Shown here: positions 1 through 13,153 of the stretch, piece after piece
How positions within the stretch are numbered: position 1 is the first letter of the stretch
How the letters are laid out: every line of letters starts with the position of its first letter
DNA from: Candidatus Latescibacterota bacterium
GTDB taxonomy: Bacteria > Latescibacterota > UBA2968 > UBA8231
Length of the DNA stretch: 64,000 nt
Assembly: GCA_965248265.1 (NCBI GenBank)
Contig: CBDFJF010000001.1
Location: 1,856,001 to 1,920,000, forward strand
Direction of reading: 5' to 3'
Notes under the pieces: generated by a model
What the model was told of the DNA's origin: nothing
Databases searched by the model: none
The model's input: only the letters and a program-made list of their open reading frames with translations
Translations under genes and position numbers: made by a program

Positions 1-258
1 GACCGTGACTGCCAACTTGCCGGATGGCAGACCGGAGACGATGTAATTCCCGGCGTTGTCGGCCGTCGTACCTGTGGGCCGCGGCAAGGCGGCGCCGGAA
101 ATGCTGACACTGGCTCCTGGTAACGCCTGGCCATCAGTTGAGGCAATGGTACCTTGGACGCGTCCGGAAAACTCGTCCTCGGCTCCTGCCGAGCCGGCAC
201 TTGCCGAGCCGGCGTGAAGTATCCATGCGATCATGACGACGGGGATTGAACGAACCAT
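1..258 (-). CDS. N-terminal part of a secreted carboxypeptidase-regulatory-like domain protein, probably a TonB-dependent receptor (runs off window)
   Basis: Manual translation from ATG 258 (GGAGG upstream): MVRSIPVVMIAWILHAGSASAG...GRVQGTIASTDGQALPGASVSISG...GTTADNAGNYIVSGLPSGKLAVTV, a signal peptide plus CarboxypepD_reg-like pattern. Confidence 0.7.
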   Translation of the reverse strand, partial: MVRSIPVVMIAWILHAGSASAGSAGAEDEFSGRVQGTIASTDGQALPGASVSISGAALPRPTGTTADNAGNYIVSGLPSGKLAVTV

Positions 259-584
259 GCGGAACCTCCCTTTGCTGGACTGCCGTGCTTGGCTCACCCT
301 GCGATCATGGCGTGGTACCTTCTACCATGCTATCACTTCGGGCTCGCAGCATCGACTGCTTGCAACATTCGTTCGGGGGAATATAACCTAGTTGTCCTGT
401 CCAGAAACACGTTATTTCTCCCTGAAAAGAGACCGTGGATGCGTCCTTGCCTGGCTTTTTGGCGATCGATATATTCGCTCGCACCGCAGCCGGATCAAAC
501 CACCGGATGGCGCACTATCGTAGAACCGTTCGCCCATTGTTGCTGCCGGCTGCCTGAAACACGGTCCCTCCTTCCTGCATATAG

Positions 585-3232
<2,648 letters not shown>

Positions 3233-3236
<4 letters not shown>

Positions 3237-4063
3237 CCACGACCATGACCCAGGCGCCAGAGCAGAGCCGCTTCGAGTCGACCTCCGCCACGAAGACGGC
3301 GCATCGGATTATCGCGGTCGCCAATCAGAAGGGTGGGGTGGGCAAGACGACGACCGCCGTGAACCTGGCTGCGTGCCTTGCTGTCGCCGAAAAGCGCACC
3401 CTCCTCGTCGACATGGACCCCCAGGCCAACGCCACAAGCGGCTGTGGCGTGGACGCACGTGAGGTCGAGTCGCTGAACATCTATCATGCACTCCTGGGTG
3501 ACAAGACGGCGCAGGAAGTCGTACACGAAACCCAGATTCCTCACCTGTCTCTGATGCCATCACACATCGATCTCACCGGCGCCGAGGTCGAGATGGTGAA
3601 CATGATAGCGCGCGAGCAGAAGCTTGAGTCCATTCTCGCTCCGATCACCGCCGACTACGATTTCGTCATCCTGGACTGCCCGCCATCGCTGGGACTGTTG
3701 ACGCTCAATTCGCTGACGGCCGCCGATTCCGTGCTGATACCGATCCAGTGTGAGTACTATGCACTGGAGGGCCTCGGAAAGCTTCTGAATACGATCCGGC
3801 TGATCCAGCGGCACCTCAACAAGAAGCTACAAATCGCCGGCGTCCTGCTCACCATGTTCGACTCGCGTCTCAACCTGTCACGGCAGGTCGCCGAGGAGGT
3901 CAAGTCCTACTTCGGCGCCAAGGTGTACAAGACAGCCATCACGCGCAATATCCGGTTGGCTGAAGCGCCTGGTCACGGCCAACCCATCGTCCTCTATGAC
4001 ATCGTGTCTCCAGGAGCACAGAACTACATGAGCCTGGCTGGAGAGATCATCAGACATGGCTAA
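3233..4063 (+). CDS. parA: ParA/Soj ATPase
   Basis: ANQKGGVGKTTT, DMDPQAN, DCPPSLG, QCEYYALEG; GTGA overlap with ppdK stop. Confidence 0.96.
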
Positions 4064-4934
4064 GAAGCAAGTTCTCGGCAAGGGCATTCACGCCCTGATC
4101 GCGGAGTACGGCGAGGAGGCCAGCGACGCGGACGGCCGTCAGGTCGTCAACCTGCCGGTCGCGGAAATCGACCCGAATCCGCACCAGCCACGGATGGACT
4201 TCGACGAGGACGCCCTCGAGCAACTCACCTCCTCGATCCGTGAGAAGGGTGTGATCCAGCCGATCAGCGTCAATCGCGTCGGGCAATCCTACCACATCAT
4301 AGCTGGAGAGCGCCGCTGGCGGGCTTCCAAAAAGGCCGGCTTCGAGACGATACCGGCGATCGTTCACGAGATCGAGTCCGAAGAGGAGCTCATCGAGCTC
4401 TCGTTGATCGAAAACATCCAGCGGGAAGACCTGAATCCCATCGAGGAAGCCGAAGGGTACCGGGCGCTACGCGACACCTGCATGCTGACGCAGGAGGAAA
4501 TCGCCCAGAGGGTCGGGCGCGAACGTTCCACGGTCGCCAACATGCTGCGATTGCTGAACCTGCCGGAAGAGATCCAGCTGTCCCTGCGCGACGGCGCCAT
4601 CCAGATGGGGCATGCTCGTGCGCTGAGCGCCCTGGATGAGCAGGCCAGCCTCGCCCTGGGTCGTAAAGCGGCGGCAGAGGGTCTCTCAGTACGCGAGTTG
4701 GAGAAGGCGGTGCGCTCGCATGGCAAAAAGCGCGACCCCCGCAAGAGCAAGGACAAGCACGCGGGCCAATCCGGGGACGAGCGCGTGATCGCCGGATGGG
4801 AAGAGAAACTGCGGCATCGTTTCGGGACGGCGGTGGAAATCAACCGGAAGGCCAGCAACAAGGGCCGCGTCGAAATCGAGTTCTACGGTGACGACGACCT
4901 GGAGCGCATCCTAGATCTTCTCTTACCTGGATAA
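4056..4934 (+). CDS. parB: ParB/Spo0J partition protein
   Basis: LGKGI N-terminal peptide, NPHQPR, IIAGERRWRAS, LIENIQREDLNPIEEA, HTH. Confidence 0.96.
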   Translation: MAKKQVLGKGIHALIAEYGEEASDADGRQVVNLPVAEIDPNPHQPRMDFDEDALEQLTSSIREKGVIQPISVNRVGQSYHIIAGERRWRASKKAGFETIPAIVHEIESEEELIELSLIENIQREDLNPIEEAEGYRALRDTCMLTQEEIAQRVGRERSTVANMLRLLNLPEEIQLSLRDGAIQMGHARALSALDEQASLALGRKAAAEGLSVRELEKAVRSHGKKRDPRKSKDKHAGQSGDERVIAGWEEKLRHRFGTAVEINRKASNKGRVEIEFYGDDDLERILDLLLPG

Positions 4935-4948
4935 GCACAAACCTGCCG

Positions 4949-6361
4949 GTGCCTCCAACCAACCGAGTCCTCTTGGCGCGCGTTGAATCGCCAGCTGCAC
5001 GGGTGATGTCGGGTATTGTAGTCTTGACTCTCCTCATGACCCTCGGGGCGTGCAGTCTCTTTCATCAGGACCTGCCCAACGAAGCCCCCATCCTCTCCTC
5101 GACTCAAGCCGATACCCTGCGGGTAAAGCGGGACGGCTCCGTTACCCTGAATGTGCTGGCCTCAGACGAAGACGACGACGTGCTGGACTACGTATGGGAG
5201 GCGACCGGCGGCACGCTGGAGCCCTCAGGCTCCCGCGCGGAATGGATCGCCCCGGGGCATATAGAGGGTACTTCCCAGATCTTTACGGTGAGGGTCACCG
5301 TATTCGATCGTCAGTGCGACTTGATCGCCGAACCGCAGGATCGCCATAATTGCGAAACGACGGCGCTTGCGAGCACGGACAGCTTCCGTATCGAAGTGGT
5401 TCAGAACCCGCCCACTCTGTCGTCGATTGCATTCGATGAGGCTCCATCGTTTCGCAGTCCGATGATGACCGTCAGCGCTTCGGCGTCCGACCAGGACGGG
5501 GATCTGTTGGCCTTCGAATGGTCTGCGGAAGACACGACGTTGACGGCCCTGATCGATTCTGTTGGACCTGAAGTGGACTTCATCCCGCTGTTCCCGGGAG
5601 TGCATGTCATCAGGGTCACCGTCCACGACAGGGCGGACTCGGTCGTCAACATCATCATCCTCGACGTGCCGTCTCCAGCCGACGTTCCGGACGGCGGCAC
5701 TGTTCGGTTGGAACTGCCGGAGAGCGATGACATGCCCGCGCGAGCCTTCGAGATCGACGTGTTCGAGTACCCGAATCAACGAGGTCAGGTACCGATGCTC
5801 GTCGATTCCTTTTTTGAGGCGGAGCAGATCTGCTCCGATTTGGGAGCTCGACTGTGCACGAATGAGGAATGGGCGTTGGCGTGCGCGGGACAGGAGAGCG
5901 GGGAGTTTTCATCCGTCGACGACCCCGGCGCACTGCCGGCTCGTTTCGGTCGCCGGTTCTGCAATACCACCGGATCCGCCGTCAATCCGGTGGCGGCGAG
6001 TACGGGGCAAGACAGCGCCGGAGTATTGGCGGAATCCGGGAGCTTCCCCAACTGCAGTAGCTTGACGGGAGTCTACGATTTGACCGGAAATGCGCGAGAG
6101 TGGCTCGAGGAACGAGGAGACTCCACCCTTCAGGTCGGAATGCGATCGTCGAGCAGTGCGACCGCAAAGGATGCTACCTGCCAGGAATTCGAGGTCTTGC
6201 CCGCCGTGAGCCAGATTCAGGACGAGAGCGATGTCAGGTACTTCGAGTCAGGCTCAGGCTTCCGTTGTTGCCGCGACCTGGAGGTCGTCGATGCCGGCAA
6301 GCTCAGGAACAAAGTCGGGGGCGACATGGTCGACGACATCGTCGGCGATATCGGTCAGTGA
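4949..6361 (+). CDS. Lipoprotein with Ig/cadherin-like domains and a C-terminal FGE-sulfatase (C-type lectin fold) domain; true start may be ~5003-5006
   Basis: Lipobox LGAC; two ASDxDxD-xL-xY/FxW Ig-like repeats; FEIDVFEYPN, RLCTNEEW, GVYDLTGNAREW, GFRCCRD. Confidence 0.75.
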   Translation: MPPTNRVLLARVESPAARVMSGIVVLTLLMTLGACSLFHQDLPNEAPILSSTQADTLRVKRDGSVTLNVLASDEDDDVLDYVWEATGGTLEPSGSRAEWIAPGHIEGTSQIFTVRVTVFDRQCDLIAEPQDRHNCETTALASTDSFRIEVVQNPPTLSSIAFDEAPSFRSPMMTVSASASDQDGDLLAFEWSAEDTTLTALIDSVGPEVDFIPLFPGVHVIRVTVHDRADSVVNIIILDVPSPADVPDGGTVRLELPESDDMPARAFEIDVFEYPNQRGQVPMLVDSFFEAEQICSDLGARLCTNEEWALACAGQESGEFSSVDDPGALPARFGRRFCNTTGSAVNPVAASTGQDSAGVLAESGSFPNCSSLTGVYDLTGNAREWLEERGDSTLQVGMRSSSSATAKDATCQEFEVLPAVSQIQDESDVRYFESGSGFRCCRDLEVVDAGKLRNKVGGDMVDDIVGDIGQ

Positions 6362-6674
6362 AACGGCCGGTGTCGGGACGAACTCGGGCCCGGCGAAAAC
6401 GCTGCCGTGGCGCTGTACTTGAACCAGCTCGTCGGCCTTGCGGTCCCGGCGTGTCGCCGCCCACTTCTGACGATCACGGACCTGTTCAGCGGCCCCTATC
6501 ACCACGTCGTATTCGCGGTCGAGTAGCGTTCAGCTTGGCGGTAAGACCAGCCAGCTCCCGTTCCCGTGCCTTCATCAAAGAGACTAGATTCCTCATCTCG
6601 AAAGCGAGAACGTACTTTAGGGATATGGGCACTCCCACCAAAACTGCGCTCAACAAGATCAATTCGGCGCTCAT
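6254..6674 (-). pseudogene. Frameshifted membrane-anchored coiled-coil protein (about 139 aa if repaired)
   Basis: ORFs 6486-6674 and 6254-6505 join into ...AKLNALDREYDVVIGAAEQVRDRQ... if one base near 6524 is removed; N-terminal hydrophobic segment. Confidence 0.6.
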
Positions 6675-6774
6675 ACGATACCTGCCTGTGGTGTTATTCG
6701 TGAGGGACGCAAATAGGCGGCATGCCGGCTCTTCCCTGTAACGGGCATCAGCAGCTCCTGTTTTCCTGTTTTGA

Positions 6775-6789
6775 GCAACCGGTGTGCCA
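6775..6789 (-). promoter_or_regulatory. Sigma54 (-24/-12) promoter
   Basis: Minus strand TGGCAC-ACCGG-TTGC matches TGGCAC-N5-TTGC, ~100 bp upstream of ATG 6674. Confidence 0.65.
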
Positions 6790-6883
6790 GAGAGGCTGCG
6801 ACTCGAATCGGGCCGGTTCCCTCCGTGAAATTGCTGGGTTTGGATCGTCGCGCCCTCCCTGAGGGGCTGTTTTTTCCCCCGCG

Positions 6884-7681
6884 GTGGACATACTTTCCTT
6901 TGTCGTGGATAAAGAGCTGATCAGAGAACTACTGGCGCAGGTGGCCGATGGCAGGCTTACGCCCGATGATGCACTCGAGCAGCTGAAGTTGCTGCCGTTC
7001 GAGGATCTTGGGTTCGCCCACGTCGACCACCATCGCACCCTTCGCAAGGGCCATCCTGAGACCATCCTGTGCGCCGGCAAGACGACAGAGCAAATCGTCG
7101 CCATCGCCGAGCACCTGGTGGAGCGCGGCTCCATTGTGCTGGGAACCAGGATTTCGGATGAGGCGGCCGCCGCCTGCCGGCAGCGATGGTCTCATGCGGA
7201 CTTCGATTCGACCGCTCGCACGGTCGTCATCCGTCCTCCTGATGCTGAGCCCACCGACCCCGTCGGGCGGCTTCTGGTGGTTTCGGCGGGCACCTCTGAC
7301 ATCCCGGTCGCACAGGAAGCCGTGGTCACGGCGCGTACAATGGGTGCGAACGCGGAAGCCATCTTCGACGTCGGTGTGGCCGGAATCCATCGTCTCTTCG
7401 CCCACGCGGAGCAGCTGCGGCAGGCCAACGTCATCGTCGTGGTGGCCGGCATGGAGGGAGCCCTCGCCAGCGTCGTCGGCGGACTCGTCGATGTGCCCGT
7501 TATCGCAGTCCCGACCAGCATCGGGTATGGGGCCAGTTTCGGTGGGGTCGCCGCGCTGCTGAGCATGCTGAATTCGTGTGCATCCGGCGTCCTCGTCGTC
7601 AACATCGACAATGGCTATGGAGCGGGCTACGCGGCTGCCGTCATCAACCAGCAGGCGGTGGACTCCACGTCCTCCCCGTGA
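6884..7681 (+). CDS. larB: Nickel-pincer cofactor biosynthesis protein LarB (PurE-like)
   Basis: FAHVDHHRTLRKGHPE, AGTSDIPVAQEA, DVGVAGIHRL, VAGMEGAL, PTSIGYG, VNIDNGYGA. Confidence 0.93.
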   Translation: MDILSFVVDKELIRELLAQVADGRLTPDDALEQLKLLPFEDLGFAHVDHHRTLRKGHPETILCAGKTTEQIVAIAEHLVERGSIVLGTRISDEAAAACRQRWSHADFDSTARTVVIRPPDAEPTDPVGRLLVVSAGTSDIPVAQEAVVTARTMGANAEAIFDVGVAGIHRLFAHAEQLRQANVIVVVAGMEGALASVVGGLVDVPVIAVPTSIGYGASFGGVAALLSMLNSCASGVLVVNIDNGYGAGYAAAVINQQAVDSTSSP

Positions 7682-8313
7682 CGACACAGCCGCAACCGTC
7701 TACGTCGGTGGCCATTCTGGTCGGGGGGCGGAGTCGCCGCATGGGTGTAGACAAGGCGCGCCTTCGTCTTGGAACAGGCACGGTGCTGGAGCGAGTCATC
7801 GAGGCAGCGACTCCGATGGGGTTACCGTTGTGCCTGATCTGTGCTTCGTCATCCGAGGAAACGGATGAGCGCACGCAATGGTTACACTCCTTCGATGTAC
7901 CGATCATCCCCGATCTGCGACCGAACCGGGGGCCGCTAGGTGGATTGCATACCGCCCTCTCGAGCAGCAGTGCCGACCGGCTGCTGCTGCTGGCCTGTGA
8001 CCTTCCCTTTCTGACCACCCCGTTTCTGTCCTACATCCTTTCGATGCAGGGAACAGCCGACGTGGCGCTGCCGCAGGATGAGCACGGCTTGCATCCGCTG
8101 TGCGCCGTGTACACGGGCAGCTGTCTTCAGGGTCTCGGCAAATGCCTCGAGGAATCGCGACTGAGCCTCATAGACTTCGTCCGCTCGGTAAACCATCAGC
8201 CCCTCGCGCACACCGACTACGCGGACCTTGACCCCGGTGGCTTGCTGACGACCAATCTGAATACGATGGAGGACTATGAGAGGGCGAGGACGCTACTGGC
8301 AAAGCTCACGTAG
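7678..8313 (+). CDS. mobA: MobA-like molybdenum cofactor guanylyltransferase / NTP transferase
   Basis: ILVGGRSRRMGVDKA, GPLGGLHTAL, LACDLPF, HPLCAVY, NLNT; GTG start overlaps larB stop. Confidence 0.85.
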   Translation: MTTQPQPSTSVAILVGGRSRRMGVDKARLRLGTGTVLERVIEAATPMGLPLCLICASSSEETDERTQWLHSFDVPIIPDLRPNRGPLGGLHTALSSSSADRLLLLACDLPFLTTPFLSYILSMQGTADVALPQDEHGLHPLCAVYTGSCLQGLGKCLEESRLSLIDFVRSVNHQPLAHTDYADLDPGGLLTTNLNTMEDYERARTLLAKLT

Positions 8314-8395
8314 TGAGCTTCGTTCTCGTAAGAGAGCTTTCGCACTCAGTAAGAGAGCTTTCGCGTTCAGTAAGAGAGCTCGGACTCGTGAGAGA
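8310..8395. repeat. Degenerate 18-21 bp tandem repeat (GTAAGAGAGCTTTCGCRYTCA) starting at the mobA stop
   Basis: GTAAGAGAGCT at 8328, 8349, 8370; degenerate copies at 8310 (contains TAG) and 8388. Confidence 0.85.
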
Positions 8396-8422
8396 CACCG
8401 CCTTGGCGGTGGTACCACCCTC

Positions 8423-9328
8423 TCAGAATCCAGAATCCAGTACGGTCAGGACCAGTAGAACTGGCAGGTAGACGACAGAGGCCTTGAGCAGCCGCCTGGC
8501 AGCCAGTGAAGAGCGCGTGACCGAAAGGGCGATGCCGACGGCGAGCAGGGCTGTTCCCATCAGCAGCGCCCCGATAAGGTAGAGACTCCCTGACAGCCCG
8601 AGTAGAGTCGGCATCGTCGACGCGGCGATCAACAACACGGAAAAAAGCACCACGTGCCGGCAGGTGCGTTTGCCATCGGGCTCGACGACGGGTAGCATCT
8701 TGAAACCGCCCCGGCGGTAGTCGTCCTTGAAAATCCAGGCGATGGCGTAGAAATGCGGATGTTGCCAGGCGAACAGGATAGCGAACAGGGCCCAGGCACC
8801 CAACTCCAGCTCTCCTGACGCAGCCGTCCAACCACCAACAGGAGGCAACGCACCTGGGATCGAACCCACCGAAGTATTCCACCAGGTCAGCCGTTTCAGC
8901 GGGGTGTAGACGACGACGTAGAGGAAGGCCGTCGACAGTGCCAGGAAGGCCGTAAGCATGTTCACCTGCTGGAGAAGCAATCCCAGGCCGGCCACCAGCA
9001 GCAGCAACCCATAGGTCATAGCCACTGTCGGTTTCATTCGCCCCGATGGTAACGGCCGATCCCTCGTCCGCAGCATATGAGCATCGACGCCGCGCTCGAA
9101 GTAGTGGTTGAGGACAGCCGAGCCACCCGCTACCAAAGCGGTACCCAACAAGGTCCAAAGCAACAGACTAAGGGAGTGAATCCCTCGCCCCCCGAGAAAG
9201 AAACCGAGTGCCGTGGTTACCAGTACAAGCGCGGTAATACGTGGCTTCGCCAGCTCGACAAAGTCACCGAAATTCGGTTTCGCAGCTGATTTGGTAGCTG
9301 TATTCGATTTGAGCACAGTGAGTACCAA
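8423..9328 (-). CDS. cyoE: Protoheme IX farnesyltransferase (heme O synthase)
   Basis: LAKPRI, LNHYFERGVDAHMLRTRDRPLPSG, YTPLKR, GSIPGALPP, WQHPHF, DDYRRGG. Confidence 0.95.
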   Translation of the reverse strand: MVLTVLKSNTATKSAAKPNFGDFVELAKPRITALVLVTTALGFFLGGRGIHSLSLLLWTLLGTALVAGGSAVLNHYFERGVDAHMLRTRDRPLPSGRMKPTVAMTYGLLLLVAGLGLLLQQVNMLTAFLALSTAFLYVVVYTPLKRLTWWNTSVGSIPGALPPVGGWTAASGELELGAWALFAILFAWQHPHFYAIAWIFKDDYRRGGFKMLPVVEPDGKRTCRHVVLFSVLLIAASTMPTLLGLSGSLYLIGALLMGTALLAVGIALSVTRSSLAARRLLKASVVYLPVLLVLTVLDSGF

Positions 9329-9349
9329 CTCTGATAGGCTATCTTTGGG

Positions 9350-9377
9350 TTATCTGATAGTCGTTATCTGATAGTCG
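9350..9377. repeat. 14-bp direct tandem repeat GTTATCTGATAGTC x2, plus partial CTGATAG at 9331
   Basis: Read directly in the cyoE/ligA divergent intergenic region. Confidence 0.75.
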
Positions 9378-9413
9378 AAACAGCTCTGAGGGCCTGGGAG
9401 CCTGTCAATATAG

Positions 9414-11492
<2,079 letters not shown>

Positions 11493-11509
11493 TCCTCACC
11501 GCCTTACCG

Positions 11510-12985
11510 TTACAATGAGGCGAAGCTCCACTCCTCCAGGGGCATCATCGAATCGGCATCGACATCGGGGCCGTTGCCCAGTCCGGGTACCTGCAACGAA
11601 CTTACATCGATCTGCCCACCCTGCACGTTCAGCGCAACCAGTGCTCCTTCGCGCTCGCTGTAGAGGGCGGCGTGGCTGTGGACGCAGGCGCTGCGCTCCG
11701 GGGCCGAAAGGTGATCGAGGCCGCGCACGTAGTGATGTCCGTTGCGTTCGACATGTGAGATTCCCAGCGCCGCGGCATGCGTCAGGTCTTGATGCAATGG
11801 GACGACAGGCAGGTTCACCAGATCTTCACCTGATAGAAAATAGGGACGGCGGATACCCGGTTGCTCCGAGTGGTACCTGGCCAGTGCTTGATTGGTCAAT
11901 GCCTTGATTAACCCCTTGCAGTTTTTCGACGACACGCCCGAATACCCCAGGGACACAGCCCGTTTGAATGAGTCCAGATCACCGTCGGACTCGTCGATGA
12001 GCATGGCCTTGCGTTCGGATATCGCCCGGATCCCCGGTTCAAGAGTGTCGTTGAGAGCAACACTCCGCTCCAGCGGTTGCTCAAGATAGATGATGCGTTC
12101 GTAGAAGCTCGCCAGCGCTTCGCTTTCGGCATCCTCGAGCTTGGCCAACAGTTCCTGAAAACTCTCCATTTCAACGTACTGCTCGTTGCCGTCCAGTGTT
12201 ACCGAATAATCATCTCGACACCGTGCCTCCAGCAGGGTTGCGACCTCGCGCAAGCGTTCGAGATCCGCGTCGAGATCACCGTTGACTTTGACTTTGAAAT
12301 AAGTCAGCCCCTGTTCCTCGATGTACTCCTCCAGAGCCTGCGGAAGACCATCCTCGAGAATTTCGGAGGCGGGGATGTCCCCTCGATGAATTGGGTCGGC
12401 GAGTCCGACGCAATGTCTGACTACGATGCGATCGAGGGGCTGTTTGGGGAGTACGTGCCCGGGCTCCACTCCCTGTAGTTCATCGTGAATACGGCCGAAA
12501 TCGATACCCAGCGCGTTCGTCGACAGCATCTGGGTGTAGGTTTGACTTCGAGCCGAGCCGACAGCATCGATGAGAGCGCGCTCCAACAAGCTACTACCGT
12601 GACTCGCCGTCAGGTGATTGAGGCCGTTGTCGTCGCCGAAGGCCAAGGTCTGGTGGTACCCGGCGTACCAGGTGTCGAACACCGACTGGGGGGTCCTGGC
12701 CGCTGAGGTGTAGGCCTGAGCAGCGGCACGAGCGACAGCGATCAGATCATCGACGTTGTCCTCGTACTCCTTTTGTGGATCCTTGTCGAACCACTTTGGC
12801 GGCAGGATATCGGCTGCCCAACCCGTTGCCAATTGACCACCGGAGAGCTCGCCCTCCAAACGCAGATGCAGGATCGGCACCGATGTGAGGGTCGCCACGC
12901 CGTACTTGAAGGGCATGCGCGTGCGCACGTTGCGTATGAAAAAACGGATGTCCTTGATGGCGATTCGTGCTGGATCCGCGGCCAT
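11510..12985 (-). CDS. Enolase-superfamily (mandelate racemase/MLE-like) protein of unknown substrate, paralog B
   Basis: RTRMPFKYG, FKVKV, TLDGN, LEQP, IDES, SKNCKG, GEDL, VERNG. Confidence 0.8.
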   Translation of the reverse strand: MAADPARIAIKDIRFFIRNVRTRMPFKYGVATLTSVPILHLRLEGELSGGQLATGWAADILPPKWFDKDPQKEYEDNVDDLIAVARAAAQAYTSAARTPQSVFDTWYAGYHQTLAFGDDNGLNHLTASHGSSLLERALIDAVGSARSQTYTQMLSTNALGIDFGRIHDELQGVEPGHVLPKQPLDRIVVRHCVGLADPIHRGDIPASEILEDGLPQALEEYIEEQGLTYFKVKVNGDLDADLERLREVATLLEARCRDDYSVTLDGNEQYVEMESFQELLAKLEDAESEALASFYERIIYLEQPLERSVALNDTLEPGIRAISERKAMLIDESDGDLDSFKRAVSLGYSGVSSKNCKGLIKALTNQALARYHSEQPGIRRPYFLSGEDLVNLPVVPLHQDLTHAAALGISHVERNGHHYVRGLDHLSAPERSACVHSHAALYSEREGALVALNVQGGQIDVSSLQVPGLGNGPDVDADSMMPLEEWSFASL

Positions 12986-12991
12986 TGCCTA

Positions 12992-13153
12992 GTGCCCTGT
13001 CACGGAAGTAGGCTTGTGGAATGAGGGCGCCGAGTCGCCCGGCCTGCAAGGCGCGCGAGTGAGGCATATCGATGGGATATGCCGATTGAGCGCAACGCAG
13101 CAGGTCGGGATGAATCGGCGGCCGAATACAAGAATACTTTCGTGACAGGGCAC
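12992..13153. mobile_element. 162-bp MITE with 19-bp terminal inverted repeats and 3-bp CTA target duplication
   Basis: GTGCCCTGTCACGGAAGTA (12992-13010) versus reverse complement of 13135-13153, 18/19 identical; CTA at 12989-12991 and 13154-13156; internal hairpin GGCATATC-N5-GATATGCC; no transposase. Confidence 0.85.

Noticed and set aside
188-213. 15-bp in-frame duplication GCCGAGCCGGC in the first gene
   Set aside because: Only extends a low-complexity signal-peptide linker (AGSASAGSAG); no sign of function
5750-6280. Diversity-generating retroelement target (CLec/FGE-sulfatase domain)
   Set aside because: No reverse transcriptase and no template repeat seen in the window
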